Source of the DNA: Eledone cirrhosa
Lineage: Eukaryota
Assembly (NCBI GenBank): GCA_964016885.1
Contig: OZ024741.1
Coordinates: 345,774,001 to 345,838,000 of the forward strand
Reading direction: 5' to 3'
Length of the DNA stretch: 64,000 nucleotides
In this document: positions 12,901 to 24,798 of the stretch, in pieces
Numbering within the stretch: position 1 is the first letter of the stretch
How the letters are laid out: each line of letters opens with the position of its first letter
Notes under the pieces: generated by a model
The model's database searches: none
Told to the model about the DNA's origin: nothing
What the model saw: only the letters and a program-made list of their open reading frames with translations
Translations under genes and position numbers: made by a program

Positions 12901-14597
12901 CTAACGAGAATGAAACGCGTAGATTACTTCCCTTGCTTTTATCGAGAATCTAATTGTAATACGTGACGTATTCTATTCTATAGCGATTAGGTCTTCAAAA
13001 TGTTTATTATAAACATACAGAATATTTTCGAATATTCTATGTCTATATTCACATATATATCGCTATTTCAGAGCATTTATTCCAATTTCTAATTTCTGCC
13101 GGACCGGCAACCGCTCTTTCAAACCAGTTCCTGTACACAGCTAAGTATTCTATAAGTCTCTAGCTGTGTCATTCTCGATAAAAGCACTGGATATGTAGTC
13201 CTGATGATTTCTAACGAGAATGAAACGCGTAGATTACTTCCCTTGCTTTTATCGAGAATCTAATTGTAATACGTGACGTATTCTATTCTATAGCGATTAG
13301 GTCTTCAAAATGTTTATTATAAACATACAGAATATTTTCGAATATTCTATGTCTATATTCACATATATATCGCTATTTCAGAGCATTTATTCCAATTTCT
13401 AATTTCTGCCGGACCGGCAACCGCTCTTTCAAACCAGTTCCTGTACACAGCTAAGTATTCTATAAGTCTCTAGCTGTGTCATTCTCGATAAAAGCACTGG
13501 ATATGTAGTCCTGATGATTTCTAACGAGAATGAAACGCGTAGATTACTTCCCTTGCTTGTATCGAGAATCTAATTGTAATACGTGACGTATTCTATTCTA
13601 TAGCGATTAGGTCTTCAAAATGTTTATTATAAACATACAGAATATTTTCGAATATTCTATGTCTATATTCACATATATATCGCTATTTCAGAGCATTTAT
13701 TCCAATTTCTAATTTCTGCCGGACCGGCAACCGCTCTTTCAAACCAGTTCCTGTACACAGCTAAGTATTCTATAAGTCTCTAGCTGTGTCATTCTCGATA
13801 AAAGCACTGGATATGTAGTCCTGATGATTTCTAACGAGAATGAAACGCGTAGATTACTTCCCTTGCTTTTATCGAGAATCTAATTGTAATACGTGACGTA
13901 TTCTATTCTATAGCGATTAGGTCTTCAAAATGTTTATTATAAACATACAGAATATTTTCGAATATTCTATGTCTATATTCACATATATATCGCTATTTCA
14001 GAGCATTTATTCCAATTTCTAATTTCTGCCGGACCGGCAACCGCTCTTTCAAACCAGTTCCTGTACACAGCTAAGTATTCTATAAGTCTCTAGCTGTGTC
14101 ATTCTCGATAAAAGCACTGGATATGTAGTCCTGATGATTTCTAACGAGAATGAAACGCGTAGATTACTTCCCTTGCTTTTATCGAGAATCTAATTGTAAT
14201 ACGTGACGTATTCTATTCTATAGCGATTAGGTCTTCAAAATGTTTATTATAAACATACAGAATATTTTCGAATATTCTATGTCTATATTCACATATATAT
14301 CGCTATTTCAGAGCATTTATTCCAATTTCTAATTTCTGCCGGACCGGCAACCACTCTTTCAAACCAGTTCCTGTACACAGCTAAGTATTCTATAAGTCTC
14401 TAGCTGTGTCATTCTCGATAAAAGCACTGGATATGTAGTCCTGATGATTTCTAACGAGAATGAAACGCGTAGATTACTTCCCTTGCTTTTATCGAGAATC
14501 TAATTGTAATACGTGACGTATTCTATTCTATAGCGATTAGGTCTTCAAAATGTTTATTATAAACATACAGAATATTTTCGAATATTCTATGTCTATA

Positions 14598-14601
<4 letters not shown>
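9910..14601 (+). repeat. 310-bp HHR tandem array, main arm (15 units plus ~40 bp, 15 HHRs)
   Basis: aaacatacag at 9911+310n up to 14561; only four single-base variants noticed (11702, 12838, 13559, 14353). Confidence 0.95.
10071..10159 (+). ncRNA. Hammerhead ribozyme of the 310-bp monomer (representative copy)
   Basis: GUAGUC-CUGAUGA-U-UUCU(AACG)AGAA-U-GAAA-CGCGUA-GAUUAC; predicted cleavage after 10131; 16-bp stem I extension 10071-10086/10144-10159. Confidence 0.85.
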
Positions 14602-14675
<74 letters not shown>

Positions 14676-14757
14676 CTTCATATGCAAATGAGATTAATCA
14701 ACTCACTCACACAGACGAGAAAACAATATATTCCCGCATGTTTTCAAGTGGGAAGGG

Positions 14758-14805
14758 TCGTTCTGATGAGGACCAGTTAAGTTCGAAATGCATAGACTAT
14801 TGTCC
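14758..14805 (+). ncRNA. Minimal HHR-like motif in a short (TA)n-flanked element
   Basis: GUU-CUGAUGA-GGAC(CAGUUAA)GUUC-GAAA-UGCAUA-GAC. Confidence 0.6.
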
Positions 14806-14979
14806 ACCTTGCTTCTGCTGGACACCACCAGAGAGTGATAGCCCCAGTGTTTTGCATAGCTACGGCTTTCTAAATGTTTATCTATAAATACCGCATTTCT
14901 TTAGAAATACTAAATTCCAATACATATCGGTATACAGCTTTGCATGAAGCTAAATCCTTATTCTATTATATATATATGG

Positions 14980-15375
14980 TGGCTGCCAACTCGTTTTCGA
15001 GTACGGCCACTACCTTATATCCATGTAGGAGAACCCCTACTGATGTGCTGAACGAGTGTGGCTTTTTAGTCCAGCCAGTGACTTGAAAACTGTGGTACAA
15101 ACACTACACTTGTGACAATTATTGACACAGTGCTGGGCCCATAATACCATGTGATGACAAGTGCAGAGAGATCTCCAGATATAAAGCAATGCCTGTGCTG
15201 TGAAGCTTTTATAGTGAGCAAAGGCACTGCACAAAGCCAGTCCCACTCTCTTAACCAAGATGATATTTACCAAAAAGAAGAACAAGTCAACATCATTGGA
15301 TACCATCATGGTTGCAGGTGTTATATCAGAGTTTTCCTTCTCCTAGAATTCTGCCTTGACAAAGGCTAAGGGGTC
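14980..15375 (-). pseudogene. RTE-like LINE relic (C-terminal CxxC..H..H motif)
   Basis: HKCSVCTTVFKSLAGLKSHTRSAH* resembles RTE ORF C-termini. Confidence 0.4.
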
Positions 15376-15538
15376 ATCTCATATATATATATAACAAAGA
15401 AGGTGTGGAAAGATACCAGGTGAACCATAACGCACCAGTGTACTCTATAGCAGCAGGTTACTTTTTCCGTCGTTAGTGGTATTTTACCTAATTTTCTAAA
15501 GCTGTTTTCACGGCTACACACACACACACATGCACCCG

Positions 15539-15633
<95 letters not shown>

Positions 15634-15735
15634 ACACACGCGCAAATGTGTTGTAGATCGCTATATAAATTCATTCCAATAAGCCACTATATATATTTCA
15701 CGTAACGATTGGCGCGACTTAATCAGATAGCATAT

Positions 15736-15852
<117 letters not shown>

Positions 15853-16199
15853 TGTATGAGAGTGCGTATGTGTGTGTATGAGAGAAACAGTGTGTGTGTT
15901 TGTGTGTATATGTTCACAATATATACTGATGTGGCGAAATACTTTCGCGTCACTCATTTCTAGTCATTAAATTTTTTTACCAAGTTCCTAGCGGAAACGA
16001 GAGTTGTAATTCATGAAGGCAATGATTATATCTATTATGCAACTTGTCATAATCCTACAATGTATGCTCGCGTTTATAATTTTTAAATAAATCCATAGAT
16101 ACAAGCTGGAATGTTTCTCTGATTTGCTGTCTCCTTCACTTCATATAGTAAATGTAAGAGTGCATTGAATTCTAACACTTGGCGAAAACCATATATATA

Positions 16200-16310
<111 letters not shown>

Positions 16311-16344
16311 CTCACTCTCTGTATATATACACTCTGGGAAAACA

Positions 16345-19050
16345 CATCCCAAGTAATTAACTGGTTTACTAATATTAGAAATAAATCATCTGCTTCATTT
16401 CTAAAATTTGATATGGATGCTTATTATTCCTCTATATCACCCATACTCCTGAATAAAGCCTTGATATTTGCCCAAAATAGATCAAACTTAACTATGGATG
16501 ACATTAATATTATCACGCACGCTAGATAAACACTACTGGAGTTTCAGAAGGATTACTGGACCAGAAATACATATAGTAATCTCTTCGACATTATTATGGG
16601 CTCTAGTGATTCCGCCCAAATTACCGATCTTGTGGGCCTCTTTCTTCTATTTAACATTAATTCATCTTTTCCCAACCTTAAAGGTGGTTTATATCGTGAT
16701 GACTGACTTCTTCTTTCCACTAATCTTAGCCTATCAGAAATTGAAAAAAAACCAAAAAAACTTATTAGAACTTTCCTCAAAGACTATTACATTTGAAAAC
16801 ACTAGTAAAATAGTCAATTTCCTAGATATAACTTTAGACCTATCTACGGGTATCTACCAACCTTACCATAAACCTAACCAAAACTTACATTACATAATCT
16901 CACAATCCAATCTATCCTTAAAAACCTAGCATATAACATCTCACTCAGAATCTCTAACCTTTAATCTAAGCAGGATGTATTCGATAAAAACGCGCCCTTT
17001 TATAACTAAGCTTTAGCTAGAAGCGGCCACAAAAACAAATTAGTCTATATACCTTGCACCAATAATACTTCAAACATTCAACTCAATATTACCAACAAAC
17101 ACCAAATGAAAAACCCACACCTAAATGCCACTCATACTACACCTAAAAATACCAACCTAAAACTTAATTTCTCGACCTCTTCTCACATAAAATATAATGA
17201 CTTTCAAAAAAACCATTCATCCTAATACTCCAATATATGTTAACAACATTACTAAAAAAATTCCTAGTAATCAGACTAAAACACCTAAATCAGTTAATCT
17301 AACTAAACCTATATATAATAAATTCACTAATAGTAACTCTCTTAGTAAACATCCTGATACATCGTATAAATATAAAAAACAATATCGAAACCGTAATAGA
17401 AGGGTTACTTGGTATAATGCTCCATACAAATTAAAGATAATATCCCTAAATTTATTTTTACTATCCTAGAGAAAAACTTCCCACCAAACCATAAATACCA
17501 TCAAATTTTAAATAGATCAACTGTCAAATTTTCCTACTCCACTATCAAAAATATACAACAGAATATTAGAGCGTACAACGCATATAATTGTAAAAACCCC
17601 ACAAATATACCACCAACCATAATACTAAAATAAACCGCAACAAACCACCATCTCCTTCACCTATAACAAGTCGAGTAAATTCTACACCAAATTTGACTAA
17701 CTCCCCTGATATAATATTCACGAATGGTTGTAACTGTAGAATCAAAAGAAATTGCCCATTAAAGGGAAATTATCTTATTAATAACATAGTCTATAAATGT
17801 AAAATAAGCACTAAGGACTCCACTTATTCATATATAGGAGCTATGTCTAACCAATTTAAAGTAAGATTTAATACCCACAAACATAATTTTTAAAATGCCG
17901 CATTAGCTAATACAACATCTTTGGCTGAAACAATTAATAATTATAGAAAGAAGAATATCGATTACAACTTGACCTGGAGCGTGCTCAAAAGGGCTACCCC
18001 TTACCAAAATAACAGATCCGAGTGTAGGTTATGATCCCAGGAACTTTTTGAAATCATGAAATCTAAGGGTATCCTATTAAATAAGCGACAAGAATTAATT
18101 ATATCTTGCAATCATAGAATTAGAAGAACCTTCAAATATTATAAACGTAATTAATATGCACCTTACTCTTATATTTTACATATTATTATAATTAGTTTCT
18201 TTAATTTAGTTAACCTATAATTAGTATTTTACTACAGAGAAATTCATAATTTTATTTCCCTCTCTTTTCCTAAAATTAATACCTAAAATTATACCTATAA
18301 ATTAACTTAATTTCCTGTTATGAATCTAGATTCCTTGTAGTTTATATAAGATTGATATTTCTCACATCTACCCTTATCCCAAAATTTTACTTTCCTTCGT
18401 TTTTAACAACACTCTTTAATAACATCTAATTCTTATTTATCACATTCATATGGATTAATATAAATTTATCCTTATAAGTATACCTATAAATTCATTTAAT
18501 TTTTTGTTATAGATCTAGATTCCTTGTGGTTTAAATAAGATTGGTATTTCTCACTAATAGCCTTACCCTAAAATTTTATTTTCCTTCGTTTTTAACATTA
18601 TTCTTTAATAACATCAAATTTTTGTGTACTCTTCACTGGCTTGACTTCTTTTCATCCCCAAAGTATTCTTTTCATTCAAAGTATTCTTTTCATTCAAAAC
18701 ATAAGTCTGCACTCCTCTACCCCTAAATTAAATTTCTACTACCACTATTCTATCAACTTGACCTCTAACTACTTTTCTATTGGTCAATTCAAAACATGTG
18801 CCCAAACAGGCCTTTTATATTAAATTTTTGTTGTATTTTTTCAATAAACAAATCTCATCATTTCTGAAGACAGCATGTATATGTGAAGGTATGTATATTT
18901 CCTCTAATTTGTAATATTTTTACATAGATCTATATGATATACATACCAACACACATATACATCCTAGAAACAATCGTAAAATGATGAATTTTTTAATATA
19001 AGGAACTTGTTCTTTGTTAATAATTTCATTGTTTTTATTAATTTTTATGT
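16345..19050 (+). mobile_element. Decayed, 5'-truncated Penelope-like element: RT, GIY-YIG endonuclease, 3' UTR with HHR (Naiad-like motifs)
   Basis: FLKFDMDAYYSSI, MGSSDSAQITDLVG, GLYRDD, VNFLDITLDL..G.YQPYHKPN, RRVTWYNAPY, CNCR....CPL, IVYKC...YIG...FKVRF..H, LLNKRQE....C.H; several stops/frameshifts; ORF ends 18153. Confidence 0.85.
18855..18987 (+). ncRNA. HHR in PLE 3' UTR, long stem II
   Basis: Stem I UCAUCAUUU/AAAUGAUGA, CUGAAGA, AUGUAUAUGUG/CACAUAUACAU, GAAAC-AAUC-GUA. Confidence 0.7.
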
Positions 19051-19347
19051 ATATATATATACACACACATGATAGTTTTCTTTGTTTTGATTACTGTTAA
19101 CATATCTGTATTCTGGCAGTGAACTGATGATTTTGGTCATATTATAAGTTAAGGTTTTTCAAATCTACTTTCTGATCCTGTGCTTAATCTGCTAGATCTG
19201 CCAAAGCCCATGGAATATTTTCGCAGCAGTAATTAGTTCATATTTTTTAAATTTTAATATAGCGAAAAAATAAGATATTTAGAAGATGAACAACATAATA
19301 CCAAAATAAATTTCACATATACCAGAAAAAGTTTAAGCAGATAATTA

Positions 19348-19414
<67 letters not shown>

Positions 19415-19595
19415 CTTTATATATAATATATATATATATATAGGAAAGTTAACCAGGAACTTTTAAAAATCTCCCCACCGACGTTAACAAGGAACTTACT
19501 AGATCTACAAAATCAAATTGTAAAATTATATTATAAAATTAAATTAAATTGTTTAGAACTGCAAGTGAAATCATTCTTTTCCTTTATATATATAC

Positions 19596-20488
19596 TAGCA
19601 TTAAAGCCCGGCGTTACTCGGGGTCATTAAGTTACCAAAGTTAGGTTGTACCACCCATTTTATGGCAGCACTTTTTTGTCTGCCAGGCACTGGGTGAATG
19701 AATTGCAGACCTGGAAGCATGAGCTGCGCCAGCAGTGACAATTGTAGTTTCGCCTATGGATATTATCTCTGTGCAAAAAAGTGTTGAAATTTATTGTTTC
19801 ACAGTACTTGCGCAACACGCGCGTAGACGATGCCAGCCGAACAACAGAGCTGCGATGGAGTTGTTCTCCATGGTTGTCTGTGTGTTTTCTAAATTTAAGA
19901 CAGTAGGGAGGGTTGTGATATGAGGGAGAGTTAGCTGTTGTTTCTAACAGGTTCAGTGATCTCATAGAGGATATGTGTTTTCTAAATTTAAGACAGTAGG
20001 GAGTGGTGTGATATGGGGGGAGAGTTAGCTGCTGTTTCTAGCAGGTTTAGTGACCTCATAGAAGATATGTTTTCTAAATTTAAGACAGTTGGGAGGGGTG
20101 TGATATGGGGGAGAGTTAGCTGCTGTTTCTAGCAGGTTTAGTAACCTCATAGAGGATATGTGTTTTCTAAATTTAAGACAGTAGGGAGTGGTGTGAACGG
20201 ACAGTATCACCATCAAGCTTGGAAAGAGAAAGTAGCAGAAAGTATGAAGTTGTATAGATTTTGAATGGTAGTAGAAAGAGTTCAGCAGTTTAAATGAGAG
20301 AGAAAAATCGTAAAATATTGAGTTTTATCTATTTTTTGCGTAATTGTGGGTGAAATTGAAAAAAATTATCTGCGTCAAGACGCAATCGAAGCTATTTCGA
20401 GTCCTGAATTGTAAATTTCAATTGAAGAAATTCTATATCGTAGATTTCTATAACGAAGGAGCATGACCACACACTGAGCTTTATAGAT
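19596..20488 (-). mobile_element. Non-autonomous Helitron with internal ~90-bp tandem repeats (19880-20195)
   Basis: Minus strand starts TCTATAAA and ends CCCGAGTAACGCCGGG-CTTTAATG-CTAG; same 3' end as 37433-38454. Confidence 0.7.
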
Positions 20489-20490
20489 TA

Positions 20491-20537
<47 letters not shown>

Positions 20538-20553
20538 TACACACACACACACC

Positions 20554-20586
<33 letters not shown>

Positions 20587-20592
20587 GTATAT

Positions 20593-20919
<327 letters not shown>

Positions 20920-21033
20920 TCTGCTTAATCCTTTCCTTCCATGCCGTATATGAAATTTAATTTGGTATTGTGTAGTGCAACTTTTTAGATATAGTGCCCC
21001 CGCCCCCATATATATATATATATATATATATAT

Positions 21034-21192
21034 AACAGAGAGGGTGGGGTAAGATACCAGGTGGATCATAACGCATCAGAGTACTCGATACTTGGGGTAG
21101 TAGAGTGGGTAATATGAAAAGATTCAGGACTCCGACAGATCTAGCTCTCGAAACGGCCGGAACTCAGCCGTCGGGGTCCTGAATCTTTTCAT
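21034..21192 (-). mobile_element. Fold-back half-HHR element (gaccccgacggc family), degenerate
   Basis: atgaaaagattcaggactccgac...gtcggggtcctgaatcttttcat. Confidence 0.6.
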
Positions 21193-21407
21193 TTATATAT
21201 ATATATATAATCGCAATTTTACGTATCTTTATACGCACTATACGCACTCTGCACGTCCCCATGCATTTAGTACTCCCATGATTAGTGATCTCCCGGACTC
21301 AGCACCGCAGACTATATATATATATATATATATATATGAAGTATTTCCGTCGGAAAGATACAGGAAAAACGAGTGCTCTATGTAGGCTACAGAGCTTATT
21401 AGTTATA

Positions 21408-21617
21408 TAATAAACAACATAAGATAATTATTTAATTTACCAGTGGTTTCTTGAAGGCAGATGCTGTGTCTGTTTTCAGTCGTCAGAATGAATAAATAAC
21501 ATGGTGTTTTTATATAAACACCATGTTATTTATTCATTCTGACGACTGAAGACAGACACAGCATCTGCCTTCAAGAAACCACTGGTAAATGAAATAATTA
21601 TCTTATGTTGTTTATTA
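21408..21617. mobile_element. Palindromic HHR element (HHRs 21432-21492 minus, 21533-21593 plus)
   Basis: UUCAUU-CUGACGA-CUGAAGACAGA...UCUGCCUUCAA-GAAA-CCACUGG-UA-AAUGAA; ~100-bp arms. Confidence 0.75.
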
Positions 21618-21640
21618 CATATATATATATATAAAGTATG

Positions 21641-21737
21641 ACCCCGACGGCAGAGCTCAAGCCGCTTCGACGGCTATTTATGTACTAAATTAGAATTTTT
21701 AGCCTGGTGAATAAATAGCCGAACTTTTCAAGGGGGT
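21641..21737 (-). ncRNA. Un-inverted HHR of the gaccccgacggc family (U3-A8 core; GAAA mutated to GAAG)
   Basis: ACCCCC-UUGAAAA-GUUCGGCUAUUU...AAAUAGCCGUC-GAAG-CGGC(UUGAGCUCU)GCCGUC-GGGGU. Confidence 0.65.
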
Positions 21738-22081
21738 ACTTCCTTATATGGGAAGATTGTAGTTGTCAAGAGCATTGGTTTAAATTTGTTGTAAACACAA
21801 ATAAGTCTTATCATGGCATTTGGTGGGAGGTAGGGGTGGCTCAACTTGCCTGTAGAACAATAGGGGAGTGACAGGAGCGGACAAGCGTTGAAAGTGATAT
21901 CTATACAGCAGATTCTGAGGATAGAGTATGAAGTGGAGGAGGGAGGTTATAGAAATCAGTGTTGTATTCTATTCCTGGGAAGGAGGTGCATATAGTGGGG
22001 TACAAACCCGGCGATGACTCCACTTGAGGCTTGCTACATAATAGTCGAAGCAGCTAGGTGCCGCGTTCGAGTTTATGTCCT

Positions 22082-22124
<43 letters not shown>

Positions 22125-22128
<4 letters not shown>

Positions 22129-22310
22129 AACCAGTAAGACCCCGACAGCTGAGCTCAAGCCGTTTCGACGGCTAATTCAGAATTAGCCGTCGAAACGGCT
22201 TGAGCTCAGCTGTCGGGGTCTTACTGGTTCCTATTACCCACTCTACTACCTCAAGTATTGAGTACTTTGGTGCGTTATGGTCCACCTGGTTCCTTACCAC
22301 ATTTCCTTCG

Positions 22311-22312
<2 letters not shown>
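22125..22312 (+). mobile_element. Fold-back half-HHR element (gaccccgacggc family)
   Basis: Near-perfect palindrome 22125-22233 plus family tail, (TA)n flanks. Confidence 0.75.
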
Positions 22313-22355
<43 letters not shown>

Positions 22356-22356
<1 letters not shown>

Positions 22357-22490
22357 ATACTTTGGGAGGGTCATGTTGTCAATAAGGAACACACGCACCA
22401 GTTGCTTTTACTTCAATTTATTATAATAAATTGAAGTAAAACAACTGGTGCGTGTGTTCCTTATTGGCAACATGACCCTTCCAAAGTATA
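22356..22490. repeat. Palindromic short element; related sequence at ~59080-59300 and ~57350-57390
   Basis: tatactttgggagggtcatgttgtcaataag...cttattggcaacatgacccttccaaagtata. Confidence 0.65.
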
Positions 22491-22547
22491 ACAATATCGG
22501 TTTCAACACACGTTTTCAGATAAAGAATCTTGCTAAACAAATTCAGA

Positions 22548-22599
<52 letters not shown>

Positions 22600-22936
22600 G
22601 TGGACAAATTAAAATTCGTGCAGATGGAATGGGAATGGAGAGTGTGCATTATGATGTAGATGATAAAAATATATGAAAATTCCAAGTCTTTGCTTAAAGC
22701 ATATGTATATATGTATGGAAAATTATACAAACTCACAGACACTTATGTATGTATGTACTTCTGGTTTTATAATTTCACAAAGTTTTACCAATAGAGAGAG
22801 AGTCGGTTTCTAACATAGACACAAGACTCTCGCATTGGAATTTACACATCAACTAGGTATGTATGTATGTATGTATGTATGTATGTATGTATGTATGTAT
22901 GTATGTATGTACATACATACATACACACACACGCAC

Positions 22937-22982
<46 letters not shown>

Positions 22983-22983
<1 letters not shown>

Positions 22984-23153
22984 ATTGTTTCTACTTTGGG
23001 CGCAGGTCAGTAATTACTCCAGTGCATTACTGGTACTTTATTTTATCTAACCCGTAAGGATGAAGGCAAAATTAACCTCAGCGGGATTTGAACCCAAACC
23101 ATAAAGGTCTGTAACTCTATGCTGTAAAGCATGGCGTCCGACACTTTACCGAT
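22983..23153 (-). mobile_element. tRNA-derived SINE, family A
   Basis: Reverse-complement consensus match. Confidence 0.8.
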
Positions 23154-23467
23154 CCTATATAATATAATATAAATTGAGATAACAATATCTTGTATACAAT
23201 TTGTATGTGTGTATTTAAGTGAATACGCATTTAATAAATTATGGTAAGTCCCTTTAGTTCCCTAGGAGATTCTATAGGAAACGCTATAAAATAATATCTT
23301 GACAATGCTCGCTGTTTGGATAAAAATAATGTAACGTTGTTGTGGGTATTTCAAATATGTAGTAGAGTACGATAAATCCCTTAAGAGTTTATTGAAACAG
23401 CTGCCCATATTTACTCTGGTGACATATTTTCTTATTTAGAAGTGGTGTATAAATGTGCATAATTGTT

Positions 23468-23468
23468 A

Positions 23469-23551
<83 letters not shown>

Positions 23552-23682
23552 ATTGAATTATATAATAAAATATAATATAATATAATATAATATAATATAA
23601 TATAATATAATATAATATAATATAATATAATATGATATGATATAATATAATATAATATAATATAATATAATTTGATATAATA
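23468..23682. repeat. Compound microsatellite (TATC)n/(ATATA)n
   Basis: Direct reading. Confidence 0.95.
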
Positions 23683-24222
23683 TACAAACAACCACGCAGA
23701 CACATACGCAGACACACACACATACAAATATATAAGGCTCTGTGCAATGAATGGCGTAGTTATTAAATTCTTATAATCCTTAATTTATTGATATACCGCT
23801 CTTAGATAATGAGAGGAAAAACAAACACAGATATAGCACTTGTTAGCAATTCTGAAAGTGAAAATTGATGCTTTCAATGAATAACGGCTTCGTTTATTGT
23901 TGAACTTGAAGTTTATTACCATCTCACGCCCCCAAGCAAAGGTCAAACTGTAATTTTCCTTATTGTTGCATTGAAATTGTCATCCTTTCAGCTACACAGT
24001 TATGTCATCTACATACAGAGTATATATGTTTTGGTTGTGTTTGCGAAAAACAATGCGTTCCATGTCAGACACGAAGAATGATGCGAACGTATCTGATGTA
24101 TGAGTGGGAAAACAATTTCCATACCACACGCCAGGGTATAGAATTTCACATGTGAACAACGGAATGGGATCACAGTTGTATATACTAACTGGTCTTTTTT
24201 CAGGATATTTCTAAATATATAG

Positions 24223-24440
24223 TGGTTTCTTATATAGGCACAAGGCCAGCAATTTTGGAGGAGGGGAAGGTCGATTAAATTGACCCCAGTGTGTGACTGG
24301 TACTTTATTTTATCGACCCCGTAAGGATGAAAGGGAAAGTTAACCTCGGCGGGATTTTAACTCAGATCATAAAGGGCCGTAACTCTATGCTGCAAAGCAT
24401 GGCGTCCGACCCTCTACCGATACTGCCAATCCACTGCCCT
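24223..24440 (-). mobile_element. tRNA-derived SINE, family A
   Basis: Full-length reverse-complement match. Confidence 0.85.
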
Positions 24441-24798
24441 ATTTCTAAATATATAACATAATGTGTTAATATTTGGTTTGTATATACACTGTCCAAAATT
24501 ATATCTACTGCTTTCCATTATTGGGAGGTTAGCTTACAACATCCATAGATAAATACTACCAACATTATCGGTTTTCTGTATAAATGTTACATATTTATCA
24601 GATGATAAAATATGATAGCGTTCTGGTATATATATTTAGATGTTGATATTCAGTTGTATAACAGTACCATGTGTAGGCCTGCTGATTTCGAAGATTACAT
24701 ACTGGTGAAAGTGATTTTGTTTGTGCGTCATACATGTGCTATAGATGTATATAGGGATATACACCCTTCGATTTATTGGAAAGAAATACATCCTGTTG

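Noticed and set aside
8484-14601. CRISPR array or ordinary centromeric satellite
   Set aside because: No unique spacers or cas genes and the context is eukaryotic; the array is short, bounded by (TA)n and carries an HHR fold in each unit.
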